Assembly: GCA_010093815.1 (NCBI GenBank)
Contig: ML996566.1
Source: Pseudovirgaria hyperparasitica
Lineage: Eukaryota
Length of the DNA: 64,000 nt
Direction: 5' to 3' (one strand)
Shown here: piece after piece, positions 22,747-34,661 of the stretch
How the letters are laid out: the number at the start of each line of letters is the position of its first letter
Numbering within the stretch: the stretch's first letter is position 1
The notes under the pieces: generated by a model
What the model was told of the DNA's origin: nothing
The model's input: the letters and a program-made list of their open reading frames with translations, nothing else
Databases searched by the model: none
Translations under genes and position numbers: made by a program

Positions 22747-25137
22747 TCACATGTCCAAGCCTCTCAGTTTACGCGCCAGAAGCCCCTCACCAGCGAGGCG
22801 AGACTGTTGCGATCCAGGGCTGGTATAGCCAGATACACCCCTTGTAAACTTCTCGTACGCCTCCTCTGCGCCAGGAGATTGGGGTGACGACGTTGAGTTC
22901 GAGTTTGGGCGAGATCTATCCTCCGATCTCTCTAGGCATGATCGCGTCTGAAACGGGTCGAACGTCGGCGAGTCTACCTCCATCGGGTCGTTTGTCGATT
23001 GCTGGCCGCGACTGGAGGGTCTCGATTGTAGAGTATCAAGCTTGGAGAGACTGAAGGGGACAGGACTAAAAGACGGAGAAAAGGTGGTGTAGGGTGAGGA
23101 CCGTGGATATGCGTTTGTGGGCGTGTGAGCTCCAAAACCATCCATGTTTTCGAGCATATGTTGCGATAGTGCGAAGCCGGAGCTCCTTCGGCGGTTGGCG
23201 ATGTCTGATGTGAGCTGAGTTGCTGCAGCTGACGGTGCTGTGAAGGACATGGAATCTCTTGACGGTTTGTACAGGCTGTAGCGTGGCTCTGGTAGCTGGA
23301 CTTCGTTGCGAAGTTTCTCCTTCCCATCAGGTACTCGATTAGCGAAAACCACCCGGACTCCCTTGTACAGATAGTATTTGTTCTGGCTAGGGCAGCATAT
23401 ATTAAGATGTATGAGGTAGCGTAAAACCGGGCGGTCATTCGGGTCGTCTGAATGTGACAAAGAAGCCTCTGGGCGATCCGTACCGTAGTTTTTACGAGCA
23501 GCTACTGGCATATCAAGAATCGGACCGGCGGAGTAAGATCTTTGGCGTATGAAAGTTTTCTGCCCGGGCTCCATATCACTGAGGTCATACGGTACGAGGA
23601 AAAGCTTTACTGCTGTCTTGTTTGGGTTCTTGATCACAATCTGCAGTTGGCCCTGCTGTGGAATGCGGTAGCATCCTCCAGGAGGAGCCCTGGGTGAAGC
23701 AGACCGCCGCTTCCTTTTCTCCTGCTTGCGCTGCTTATTACTTGCTTCGGCAGCATCATTTGAGCCAGCAGGTGGTGTCTGAGTTCCAGCTTGCACAGCT
23801 GCTTTGTTACGCTTCCGTCGCCGAGATTTGTCGTCCATCTCTTCTGGCGGTTTCAGTGAATGTTCCAGATCTATCAGACCTACGTAAGGACTCGGAGAAT
23901 CATCAGCCACTCTCCCAGTCCCCGAGTTGTAACTGTAGAAAACGGCAGGGAATGGTACTGTGACGTGTGGGGGACATTTCAAGTTTGCTCTACAGTGTCC
24001 TTTGCCCAGAACGCCGATTTGCGCAAGAAAGTTTAGGGGTTTTGACGGAGTTGTGGACATGCGCCCACGAAGGATTGATTCTTCATACGATCCAACCATA
24101 GGAGCATGGTGAAGTGGTGATATCTCTGATGAAATAGATGGTCTGCGCGGACTCAATAAAGGCGTTTGTGGCGTGGAATTGGAATATAAATTGGGGACGT
24201 TGCTGAGTGATCGTCTGGGCTGGTGTGCCTGGTAAGGATAAGTACCTTCCCGTCTGAGGGAGGGTAAATGGCGCGCAGTAGGCGTGGACGTCACGCTAGA
24301 GGAACGAAGAGTCTGAAAAGAATGTGGTGAGAAGGTATGGCGCCTACTCTCCTTTGTAGGGCTCCTGGACATCATCTGAGGCTTTGGGGAGAAGTCAAGA
24401 TCGGTGTTGTTCGACTGCTGAACCAGGGGACTTGTTGGTGGCAGCAGCATAACGCTTGACAAGGAAGTCTGGGAGATGTTTCGATTTCGAGTTTCCCCAG
24501 AAAACCTCTGATAGACGGCATCCATATGGCCAGAGTTTGCGGCCACATTTGCAGATGGGTGAGCGGAAATTGGAAAGTCCCGATGCCATGGCACGGTTGG
24601 AGAAGTAGCGATGGCACTTACTGAGCCGCCCCCCTCTTTCGCAGAGTCTTTGTATGGTCGAAAGTCTCCAGAGTGCAGGGCTGATCTGGGTCGCTCAATC
24701 TGCAGGCCAACCTCATTGCTGCTCGGTGCAGGCTGGGCCTCGGTCCCGGACTTTGGGGATGTCTTCAGTTCCAGCGCGGGCAGAAGAGGAGAACCAGAAG
24801 GTCTGGGAGAGCTTGTGCGAGATATTGGCGATGCCCTTCCGTCCGAACCAACATTTCGACGCTGCAACGTAGGACTCTTCTGTCTCTTTATCCGTTCTAT
24901 AAGCTCTTCTCGACTCATATTCTGCCTCCCTTCCAGACTGGACATGACTTGGACATTACTGAGCGCTGTAGTCCCTGGGTGCTCATCATTCTGCTTTCTC
25001 TCCTGACTCCCTGCTCTTGAAGCTCCTTTTGAGCTTATTCTAGCCAGTAGAGGACTCCTCACCTCATGAGGAGCGGATTGCTCCCCAGTATCGGGACTCT
25101 GGGGCGCGAAGGTGTGCCCGTCGTGGAATATGGGCAT
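22747..25137 (-). CDS. ATOS/FAM214-like protein (DUF4210 plus Chromosome_seg-type domain), 796 aa
   Basis: MVGSYEESILRGRM...FLAQIGVLG..CPPHVTVPF and YRIPQQGQLQIVIKNPNKTAVKLFLVPYDLSDM..KTFIRQR...LRYLIHL. Confidence 0.88.
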   Translation of the reverse strand: MPIFHDGHTFAPQSPDTGEQSAPHEVRSPLLARISSKGASRAGSQERKQNDEHPGTTALSNVQVMSSLEGRQNMSREELIERIKRQKSPTLQRRNVGSDGRASPISRTSSPRPSGSPLLPALELKTSPKSGTEAQPAPSSNEVGLQIERPRSALHSGDFRPYKDSAKEGGGSVSAIATSPTVPWHRDFPISAHPSANVAANSGHMDAVYQRFSGETRNRNISQTSLSSVMLLPPTSPLVQQSNNTDLDFSPKPQMMSRSPTKESRRHTFSPHSFQTLRSSSVTSTPTARHLPSLRREGTYPYQAHQPRRSLSNVPNLYSNSTPQTPLLSPRRPSISSEISPLHHAPMVGSYEESILRGRMSTTPSKPLNFLAQIGVLGKGHCRANLKCPPHVTVPFPAVFYSYNSGTGRVADDSPSPYVGLIDLEHSLKPPEEMDDKSRRRKRNKAAVQAGTQTPPAGSNDAAEASNKQRKQEKRKRRSASPRAPPGGCYRIPQQGQLQIVIKNPNKTAVKLFLVPYDLSDMEPGQKTFIRQRSYSAGPILDMPVAARKNYGTDRPEASLSHSDDPNDRPVLRYLIHLNICCPSQNKYYLYKGVRVVFANRVPDGKEKLRNEVQLPEPRYSLYKPSRDSMSFTAPSAAATQLTSDIANRRRSSGFALSQHMLENMDGFGAHTPTNAYPRSSPYTTFSPSFSPVPFSLSKLDTLQSRPSSRGQQSTNDPMEVDSPTFDPFQTRSCLERSEDRSRPNSNSTSSPQSPGAEEAYEKFTRGVSGYTSPGSQQSRLAGEGLLARKLRGLDM

Positions 25138-25760
25138 GGTTGGATAGCGCTTGACTGGTATGTCATGAGGACGGCTTGTCGTTATATGCTGTCCAGGTAT
25201 CTGTATTTCACACAGCTCTCAATCTAGAGTGTGAATGTTTAAGAACAAGCGTCAGAGTAGTAGAGTTGATTAACGGAAGATCGACGTGCGGTTAGGCTTA
25301 TAGCGGCGTAGATCATGCGTAATTATACATAGGGAGGCGGTGTGAAGACGACAGAGAGCTCGTTGGAAGCATGTCCAATGCTCCGATCTATACCACACGG
25401 CAGGCGACGTGAAGCTGGAGTGGTGAGTTATGAAGAATGAATGAGGTCTGAGGACCGAGGAGGAGTCAAGCGGCAGTAGTAATGACGCGAGCGACGAGAC
25501 CTGCTGCGGAACCGCACCCTGTTGGGCGGGCTAGAGAGCGACAGGCAGTGGTCACACGCATGTCAATGCGTTGTTTTTTACTTTTGCAGCGGCCCTGAGT
25601 GTATTCCTCGCCCACGTGCATAGCTGAGACTGGCCATCTGCAGCATTTTTGTGTTTGATACGTAGCATTGTTTCCTCGTGTAATACCTCGAGACGAAGAC
25701 GATTGCAGAGTTGACAAAGTTGGAGCTGGAATGGAGCAGCTGGAGCTTTGGGGGGGGAAC

Positions 25761-25787
25761 TTTATCGCCTGTTATCGCCTGTTATCA
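25761..25787. promoter_or_regulatory. Three tandem TTATC (GATAA) sites with 10-bp period in the divergent ATOS-like/FYV7 promoter
   Basis: tttatcgcct gttatcgcct gttatcag. Confidence 0.35.
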
Positions 25788-25970
25788 GGGTCCTCACCCG
25801 CCAAATTTAGCTAGCCTTAGCTGGCATTAGTCACTATTTTAGCGTCCAGGGCCCCCCAGCCCCGCACCATCGCCGCCCAGTTTAGCGTCGAGTATCCGAT
25901 ACTTACCAAGCTTTTGGCGCGAAATCTCGTCACTCTCTGCACGCCCATCGCAATATACACCACAACAATA

Positions 25971-26693
25971 ATGCCTTCAAAACGACCACACAGCGATACA
26001 GATGGCGTCAAGCCAGACAAGAAGAAGCACAAGAAGGGCTTCCAAGTCGGACCGGCAAATCTGCCTGACGGGACACATAAGAGACAAGGTAAAGCAGTCC
26101 CCAATGGTCCTGACATGCATAACCTGCTCACACAAATCCTCGTTGCAGTGCAAAAGATAAAAAACGACCTGATCGCCAAAGCGAAGCTCAGGAAGCAGTA
26201 CGCAAAGATCCGAGAGCGGGAACTCGCCAACCAACCACCCAACCGTTACATCCACAACACAGCCTCTGACAACAACGAGAACGACAGCAACAACGACGAA
26301 CAAGCCGGTGCGCAGGACACCCACCACGAACCGGCCGCCGCATCTTCAGAGCCTCATCCAGATCGCCAAAAGCTGCTGCTTGAAGAAGACGCCACCACCA
26401 CCGAGCCACAAGACGACGACGCTTCAAAGCCGTCGTGGAAGCGACAGAAGCGGCCGAAACCAGTACCCTTCGCGCGCGAGGCCGAGCAGGCCCAGAAGAG
26501 GAAACAAGAGGCTGAAGAGCGGCGTCTAGCGAGGGAGGAGGCGGAGAAGGAGAGGCAGCGCAAGATTGCGGAGCGTGAGCGGTTTAGGAGGGCTATGGCC
26601 AAAGCGAGGACGGGAGGGCCGAACGGGCAGAGGAAGCTGGGGAGAGAGAGTCAGGTTTTGCTGGAGAAGGTTAAGAGGATGGTGGATGCTTGA
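25971..26693 (+). CDS. FYV7: rRNA-processing protein FYV7-like (~220 aa); probable in-frame intron 26089..26148
   Basis: [14 protein letters not shown]...[20 protein letters not shown], a basic coiled coil, and [18 protein letters not shown] at the C-terminus. Confidence 0.7.
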   Translation: MPSKRPHSDTDGVKPDKKKHKKGFQVGPANLPDGTHKRQGKAVPNGPDMHNLLTQILVAVQKIKNDLIAKAKLRKQYAKIRERELANQPPNRYIHNTASDNNENDSNNDEQAGAQDTHHEPAAASSEPHPDRQKLLLEEDATTTEPQDDDASKPSWKRQKRPKPVPFAREAEQAQKRKQEAEERRLAREEAEKERQRKIAERERFRRAMAKARTGGPNGQRKLGRESQVLLEKVKRMVDA

Positions 26694-29434
26694 AATGGAG
26701 TGTTTCGACTTTTGTGTGCCAAATGATGTTTTGGCTTGGCGGCGGACTGGTTAAAGAATTGGATCGGAGTACGCGATACTGATGTCTACTGCTGGGAGAC
26801 CTGTATAGCTACGGACTCTGCGAACGACAGACAACTTTCTTTGCATACATAGTCCGCGTATTTCCCGTCCTATGCATAGCGTATTTTCCTACCATAGACG
26901 TGGATGCGACACGTATTTTGATACCCAGTATACTGCAAACTAGCCATCATATGTCACTTTGATGTATGCCGTTAATACACATCCCCACTTAGTGTCCGCT
27001 GTTGCATATTTACCAAATTGTCCTGACATGACACACCACACAATCGCAAACCTCACCCCACCTCGATCAAACACAGCCTTACCGGCGATTGATGTGTGCA
27101 CGTCGCGCCAAAGACGTACGCGTCGAGGTTCTGGTCTATCTGTGCGTTCTAATTCCGATGGTGGGACAGTGTCGTGCAACCTGGGGCGTTGCTTTCGAAT
27201 GTTTGAAGGCAGGATTTGTAGCATCACAGCAAGCCGCTTGTGCGATGTGGGATATAGATGGCTTCCCAATATTGTGCCTTGAGTCATACTATAGAACTGC
27301 ACTTAAGAACATAGGTTCAGCAGTTTTAGTGTGTTAAGCTCTTCCTTGGGGAGAATCATAGTGGTGGCATGGGTTCTTATCAAGCTCCCAAGGATATAGC
27401 ATGCCAGCACGAGTCAGAAGTAGCCCCTGCTTTATCCCTATGACACGGGTGCGCCCTTGTCGACCTCACATTCGAGTCAGCATAAACGATTCATGAAGTC
27501 GAGATCATGATTGGCAGCCTCGATGGCGCGATATTGATTGACCCCTTATAAAACCGCGCGCTAATAGAGGATATCGCATTCTGCTTCAGTTCAGACGCCA
27601 AGGGTCTTTGTCTAGAGTGGTTCAGCCTGGAGATGCAGACAATAAGACACGAACTGGCAAGTTCGCGGAACGATCAACAATTTGATACCAGCACCGAAAA
27701 TCCGGATACGCGGTTGAAGGCCTCGGACCAAGACAACTAATTTGGCAGGCGTCCGGCATCGCTTTCTTGGAGCTATCCTTCTTGCTGGTTCCGCGGCATA
27801 AGAATCGCGCAGGCTATTTTCTCCACGTTAGCCACACGATGGCGAGAGACTAGTAGAAGTGCATTTTTCTTTCGATGGGTGCACGCGACTTGTGATATGC
27901 TGAGTAACGGGTTGGTTGCGAGCCTTGTCCAGGTAGCAATATCAACGAGACCAGACCAGATTCCAGTTGTGCAGAAGGTAGCTCGAGCCTCGAGGCAGTG
28001 CAGCCCACATGCGTTGTAAGACATCTGTGAGACTGAACGAGATCACTGTGACGAAGCGCCTGGTCATTCACCAATATCCTGTGCCGCAGTGATACGCATT
28101 ATCGAGTCTCCAGTAGCACAACTCTCCATCGTGCCCAGAGTCCGCCATATTCCAATTGCGGTCAACAGACCTACGTTAAGCCGATAAGGAAGCCTTCTGG
28201 AACACGCACAGCAGACATTTCCGATCATCCTCCGCCGAGACTCTAGCGCCGAGCAAATGCAACCACATTCATTGAGCTCTGCGCATCCAGCAGGTGTAGT
28301 AGTTGAACGTGTCGGTCCAACCGAAGAGACAGATGTAACCTGAGACTTGCAAGAAATGCATGGGGCTGCACGCGATGTGACTGGGGCTTGCAGTGTTCCA
28401 CCATCCCTTGATCGGCAGAAGCGTTTCGATAAGCCGTACCGTGGGGAATCGGTGGTATTCTAGAATCTTGGGAGCGGACTTGGGGGGCTTCATGGTTCAA
28501 GTGACGTTCGGCGACGCTGATGCCACTTTAGCTTGTGGCCTCTCAGACCCGATGTTAAGCGTGTTGATACAAGACGTTGGTTATGGTGTCCGGCAGCCAT
28601 GGTAGCGGTGGCGCCCAGTGAAGAGAGGCGTCCGAGTGAAAGTGAAGTCGATAGAGAAAGGCTGGGGAAGACGATGGCGGAGGGCTTGGCGCCGAGAGCA
28701 TCCGAGCCAATCATGTGCAGCTGCCCTGGAAGCGCAACAGCGTCTATGTTGCCCTCACCACTACGTTTCTCCCTGCAGACAACCGTCTACGTTCACTTGC
28801 ACGTTCTTGTTACTGCCCACAACCAATATGTAGCATACTCTCTCTAAACAGCACTGCTGTGCACTGGAGACAAGCTGTACACGGCAGCCAAAAGAAAAAA
28901 AAATAAGAGCACGGCAGACCAAGCATGGCGCAGAACTGGCACGGTCTACGACTCTGGCTACTGAACTTCATATCATCTACACTGATGAAGAAATGCTCTC
29001 TCCTTCCTAAATAAGCCTAAGAGCCTCCCTGTCTGCCCAGATGCCCAGGACGATTGCGAGTGGCGAGGATGAAGACGACAAGACGACAAGACAGAATGGC
29101 ATGCGTCCAAGCAAAGAGGCGTCGGACGGCCAAGGCGAACAGTTCATGGATCCCACCCATGGGAGTGCAGCGACTGGTGCAGGCATGGCCCCGCCCTGCT
29201 GTGGCCAAGAGATAACCCTTTGGTTGTTCACAACATCTCGGTGCGTGAATGCGTCAGGTGAAGTGAAAGATGAGCTTTTATCTTTTCCTCGTCGCACAGG
29301 AAGCGAGGGCGCCGTGGCACAGCATGGGACCTATATATCTCGCTTCGCTGCTCCCTCGACCGCGACGCTTTCATCTGGTATCCCTGATCTGCTTTCCTTC
29401 GTCCTCATAACCGCTGGTCAATTGATCCATCATC

Positions 29435-31407
29435 ATGCCTTTTCAACCTGCCGACGAGGCTCATGCAATTGCTGGCTCTGAGGTCAAGGGTGCTGGCATG
29501 CCGACTCCCACACTGGAGAAACAGATCGCTATGGAGAGGGGTTCTTCCATTTCTGACACCGACGATGAGCTGGACCTAGTTATTCCTACAGAGGAAGAGC
29601 TTCATACTCTGAAGCGTGTCCCTGGCGTTTTGCCATGGATTGCTTTCACCGTCGCCTTCGTCGAGCTCTGCGAACGTTTCTCATACTATGGAACTGTCGC
29701 CATCTGTACGTCTCAGTTGCAATTTTCGCGTTACGCGTCACGCGACCGTTACTAACTTCTTGTAGTCGTCAACTTCATCCAACGCGACCGACCTGTCATC
29801 GACGGTGTCCTCCAAGTTACCGGTGCCGATCCCAGGCCTGATGGACGACCAGGTGCAATTGGTGCTGGTCAACGTGCTTCTTTCGGTCTTACTACTTGTA
29901 CGTCGCTCGATCCGTCCCGGAGAACAAATGCTAATATCAACAAGTTAACCGGTTCTGGGCTTATTTCATGCCTCTGTTTGGTGCTTACATCGCTGATACC
30001 TACTGGGGTCGCTACAAGACGATTCACGCATCCATAGTCGTCTGTTTCTTCGGTCACTGCATCATCATCATTTCCGCGATCCCCAAAGTCCTCGATCACC
30101 CTCAAGGTGCACTCGGATGCTTTGCTGTCGGGCTTGTGTTCTTTGGTATCGGTGTCGGCGGCTTCAAATCGAATATCTCTCCCATGGTTGCGGAGCAGCT
30201 AAGAGCTCCTAAGATTCACGTTCAGACCAACAAATCTGGTCAGCGCGTCATTGTTGACCCTGCCCTTACCACTCAGCGCATGTTCATGTGGTTTTACCTC
30301 TTCATCAACATTGGCGCTGTCACTGGCCAAGTTTCCATGGTTTACGCTGAGCGCTACGTTGGTTTCTGGCTGTCGTTCTTCCTCCCGACCATCATGTTGA
30401 TGCTCTGCCCTGTCGTTCTCATCGCCTTCAACAAGAAGTACCACCATTCGCCACCTACTGGATCAATTCTCGGCACGTTCTTCAAGCTCATCAGCCTTGG
30501 CTTCAAGGGCAAAACTTCCATCAACCCTGCCGTCACGTGGAGAAATATGCGCGACCCAGCATTTTTCGAGGACATTAAGCCTTCGCGCGTGGCCAACAAG
30601 CCAGACTGGATGGTATTCGATGATGCCTGGGTCGACGAAGTTGCTCGCGCTACCAAAGCATGCACTGTCTTCCTCTTCTTCCCCATTTTCTGGCTGGCAT
30701 ATAACCAAATTGAGAGCAATCTTACTTCGCAAGCCGCGACCATGGAGCTGCATGGCGTACCCAACGATCTACTGAATAATCTAAATCCCATCGGTATCAT
30801 TATCATGATACCTATCCTCGACGTGCTAGTCTACCCCTTGATTCGTAAGGCCGGCTTGAACTTTACACCTCTGAAACGCATGACCGCCGGCTTCTTCCTT
30901 GGCTGCGCTGCCATGATCTGGGCCGCCGTCATTCAGCACTACATCTACGAGAAGGGCGCTTGTGGCAAATACATGAACACATGCGAGACACCCGATGGCG
31001 ACGCCCTACCAGCGCCTATCAACGTGTGGGCTCAAACCGGCTCGTACATCCTCGTAGGTCTCGCTGAGATCATGGCGTCCATCACTGGTCTCGAGTATGC
31101 GTACACCAAGGCACCCGTCAACATGCGCTCGCTCGTTATGGGCTTCTACCAGATGACCTCCGCGTTATCAGCTGCACTAGGCCAGGCATTTGTCGCACTT
31201 TCCGAAGACCCACTGCTTGTGTGGAACTACGGCGCCGTTGCGATCATCGCGTTTGTAGGCGGTGTCGCATTTTGGGTCTTATTCCGTAAGTACGACCAAC
31301 AGGAGGACAAGCTCAACTTGATCAAGGAGTCAGAGTACCGAGGCACAAACAGGCCCGGTCAGGTCGACAGCAGCAAGTTGGATCAAACGGCCGACGCGAG
31401 GGTTTAG
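29435..31407 (+). CDS. PTR2: Proton-dependent oligopeptide transporter (PTR/POT family, ~621 aa); exons 29435..29705, 29766..29897, 29945..31407
   Basis: ELCERFSYYG (ExxERF), GAYIADTYWGRYKTI, GVGGFKSNISP, FYLFINIGA, LEYAYTKAPVNMRS. Two GTACGT...CTAA(C/T)...AG introns restore the frame. Confidence 0.95.
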
Positions 31408-31831
31408 AGCGTGGCTGCCTGGGTTCTTTTTGATATTCAATGCGCGTATGTGTCACGACGAAATGGATAATGTTGGGCATGGTCTCATACGGGATGTCGA
31501 TCACGATGTTCAAACATGACGGGCGGGTGCTGCTGATACCCTGGCTATGATTGTTTCACTGTAGCTATTTACAAGTCGCATAAGTTGTCGCATGATTCCA
31601 TCTTCAGATGGTGTGCGAAGTTAACCATATGTTCGGTTGCGCCAGTCGTGATATCGGGGTAGCTGACAGCTTCAGCTCTTGCCTACTTACGGTTGGCCGT
31701 GCGTAGTGTGCGGCATCACTGAAGATGGGACTCCTTGTCTTTCAGCCACGATTCTCAGTAAGTGCTTAGACACCATTAACGTCATTCTGATTGTGTTTGT
31801 TAGTCATGTATCGCGCTTGCATGGTATAGAA

Positions 31832-34180
31832 TCAATAAAATCCTCCGTGCCCACCGTGGCCGTATCCTGGACCATAACCACCACCGTATCCTCCGCCATA
31901 GCCACCACTGTGTGCACCAAAATGCCCTCCTTGTTGACCTCCTTGATAGCCAAACTGCTGCTGTGGAAATGTTGGCATCTGTTGTGGCCTGTGTTGTGCT
32001 GGTATCGGTTTACCAATCGCCGTCTTCAATTGCGTCAATAAACCTGGAAGCTCTGATGCCACTCCGCCTCTGTTTTCTCTATTATGCGGATGAAATCCTC
32101 GCTGGGCCACGCGACTTCTCGCCAGATCTGTCCAGTGCTCAACCTTTTGAATGATATCTGTCTTGTTTCGCGTAAAATGCTCACGCACAACGTCGTTCCA
32201 CAAGGGGCTTCCTTGCCCTCGGAGCCATGGCAGCATTGCGTATTTGACCGTTAGCGCATACGTATTGATATTATAGAGTTTCGACTCTGGCCCGCCGTGC
32301 TCTTTCTCGTCGCCTGGCTCGTTACATAGTGGCTCCTCGCAGAATATGAATGCCCACGTGCTGAGCAGAAGTTGCTGCAGCGTCGATAGCTTCTCGTTCC
32401 ATACCTCGCCATACGGCCAGGTACCCAGGAGAGACAAGCAGACTTTGCCGTTCTTGTATAGGTTTGGATTGAAGTTTGCAAGGCCGCCACCTGTCGTCTT
32501 GAACAGCATTTTGGGTGGTGCTGTGGGCCAGCTTGGTTCACACCACAAGTCGAACTCGAATAACCCGTAGCCGTACGGCGAGTCTTTGGGTCCGATAATG
32601 AGCACTTTAAACAAGTCGATCTGCATATCGGAATAGCGTACGAAGATGCCTGGGGGTAGACTTGTCTTCATGTTGGCGATGGTCAGCATGAGCTTTCGAG
32701 TGTGGTCCTTGTGCAGGAAACTATGTTGTCTCATGTCAGGGCCACCCAACATTGCATTAGCAAAGGTCATCTTTGATGCGAATGTTTGCTGGATATCCTG
32801 GTTCGAGACGGACAGAATGCATCGATCTTTCTGCCATTGCTCCCAAGAACCGGCAGCTTTGTCGATTTTACTGATTGTGCTGGCAAAGACTGACTCTGCG
32901 ACTTGGTTGATCTTCTGACAGAGAGCGACCATATCACGATGCTCTGAAGTCTGGAATGCTTCCGCGTTGGCGATGATGATTTGAGCCTGAGTGTTGAGAT
33001 TACGGAAGCAGCTGGCGATCGACTGCAGCTTGTCATCTTTTCCCTTACCCTTTGGCACTGCAGTATTGCCAAATGACACGGTTAACAGGTTGGTCCCTTT
33101 CGCCCTGGCCAGCCTTTCTTCCATCACCGATGGTGCAGTGCCCGGATGACTTCCAAGCAGCATCACGAAGTTGATCGCCGCCTCATATACGCTCCTCCTC
33201 GTCCCAGCATCCTCCACGCTATCGTTCCGCAGCAACTCCGCCATTCTATCCAGCACATCAGACACCCTCAAGATATCCAAGAGCACAGGAGCAACAGTGC
33301 CCACTCGCGGCAATAGCTCGTTTACAAACGCAACCACCTCGTCCGTCAACACGTCAACCTGCTCTCTCTTTGCCGCCGCTTCAGCCTGGCCAGCCTGTCG
33401 TGCGGCCACTTCCATGCCGTGCTGAGCCTCCATGTAGCGATCGCCAGCACCGAATCCGTCATATGCTTCATACCCGACGCCTCCGGACCGGTCCTGCCGC
33501 CCGACGCGCCTGCCTCGGAATGCGTCTGCATTGCCACTGTCCAGCGCCAACTGATAATCGAAGCCGCATAGCAACGCCCAGGTCAGAAACAGTTTACCCG
33601 CATCGCAGCACCAGGTGAGCGTGGTGCCATCAACGACGACTCGGTTGTTGGATATCGGCCCAGACTGCTGCTTGCCACAGCCAACGCAGGTATGGCGTGT
33701 ACAGCTAGAGCACTGCAGTACAGAGCTGATGGGTATATCGTACCATTTCTGGAACAAGGCGAGCACGGCTTGTTGCGTGGGGAGAAGCGGCAGTGTGCAG
33801 CTGGAGCACTGGGTTCTTGTCGTCTGAAGGGTGTACGCGTGTACTGTTGGTGGAATATCCCTGTGCGCGGCTTCTTGTGCTGCATTATACGGGGGCGGTG
33901 GTGCTTGGTTCCGTGGGCTATATGGGCTTGCTGCGGGTGTGGTATGTGGTTGATTGCTGTAACTGAACTGGGATGCGGCGCTCGCACTGGTGTCCAGATT
34001 CATTCGCTCCTGCAACCTTCGTGCGAACACTTCGTCATCACTGAGTGCCGGCCTCCCCGTTGAAGGGCCTGAGTATGGCGGGGGTTGGTCTGAGGGATAG
34101 CGCTGTTGTGAAGGAGTGCTGTGTTCTTCAGCGTCAAACTGTGCTTGCAGCATGCGTGCGACTTCTTCGTCGGACGGCAT
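31832..34180 (-). CDS. Large ubiquitin-conjugating enzyme (BIRC6/UBE2Z-type UBC domain), 782 aa
   Basis: KVLIIGPKDSPYGYGLFEFD...WPTAPPKM.F.TTGGG..FNPNLYKNGKVCLSLLGTW (active-site Cys)...NEPG. Two N-terminal DE..AR.LQ motifs, a Cys cluster and a Gly/Tyr-rich tail. Confidence 0.9.
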   Translation of the reverse strand: MPSDEEVARMLQAQFDAEEHSTPSQQRYPSDQPPPYSGPSTGRPALSDDEVFARRLQERMNLDTSASAASQFSYSNQPHTTPAASPYSPRNQAPPPPYNAAQEAAHRDIPPTVHAYTLQTTRTQCSSCTLPLLPTQQAVLALFQKWYDIPISSVLQCSSCTRHTCVGCGKQQSGPISNNRVVVDGTTLTWCCDAGKLFLTWALLCGFDYQLALDSGNADAFRGRRVGRQDRSGGVGYEAYDGFGAGDRYMEAQHGMEVAARQAGQAEAAAKREQVDVLTDEVVAFVNELLPRVGTVAPVLLDILRVSDVLDRMAELLRNDSVEDAGTRRSVYEAAINFVMLLGSHPGTAPSVMEERLARAKGTNLLTVSFGNTAVPKGKGKDDKLQSIASCFRNLNTQAQIIIANAEAFQTSEHRDMVALCQKINQVAESVFASTISKIDKAAGSWEQWQKDRCILSVSNQDIQQTFASKMTFANAMLGGPDMRQHSFLHKDHTRKLMLTIANMKTSLPPGIFVRYSDMQIDLFKVLIIGPKDSPYGYGLFEFDLWCEPSWPTAPPKMLFKTTGGGLANFNPNLYKNGKVCLSLLGTWPYGEVWNEKLSTLQQLLLSTWAFIFCEEPLCNEPGDEKEHGGPESKLYNINTYALTVKYAMLPWLRGQGSPLWNDVVREHFTRNKTDIIQKVEHWTDLARSRVAQRGFHPHNRENRGGVASELPGLLTQLKTAIGKPIPAQHRPQQMPTFPQQQFGYQGGQQGGHFGAHSGGYGGGYGGGYGPGYGHGGHGGFY

Positions 34181-34661
34181 GGTTGGTCAGTGATATAGTA
34201 CTAGTTGAAAGTTGGTGGGCTGGTGGGAATGTTATCCTTGTACTGCTTGGCGGTTTGGGAAAAAGATAGGAGATCATTTTGCAGGACTGGAAGATATATG
34301 AGGGCCACACCTCTCTATGAGAATATTGTATTTACAGGGCTGTCGTATTCGGTCGTGTATGTCCCTGTAAAAGAGAGGGAATTGTAGAGGTGGGGAAAGT
34401 GGCCTTTTAACCAGGCTTTATCAGCAAGAGTGACTTTGGAAGAACACAGACGATGACGAGGCATATGAGTGAAGGCATAGTGACGAGGTTTCGCGATACA
34501 TGGCTCTGATGACTGCTTGCCAAGTAATGTTTTCATTATAAGTCGTTGTCCATTATCATTAACCATTATAGCATACCAAAATAAATGCAACAAGAACGCC
34601 CACGCTTCATGGGCATAAACAAGTCATCTCCATATTACTTCCTCCCCATCACATCATGTCC

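Noticed and set aside
26940..29481. Many short ORFs upstream of PTR2
   Set aside because: No motifs or coherent gene structure. Consistent with a long promoter or intergenic region.
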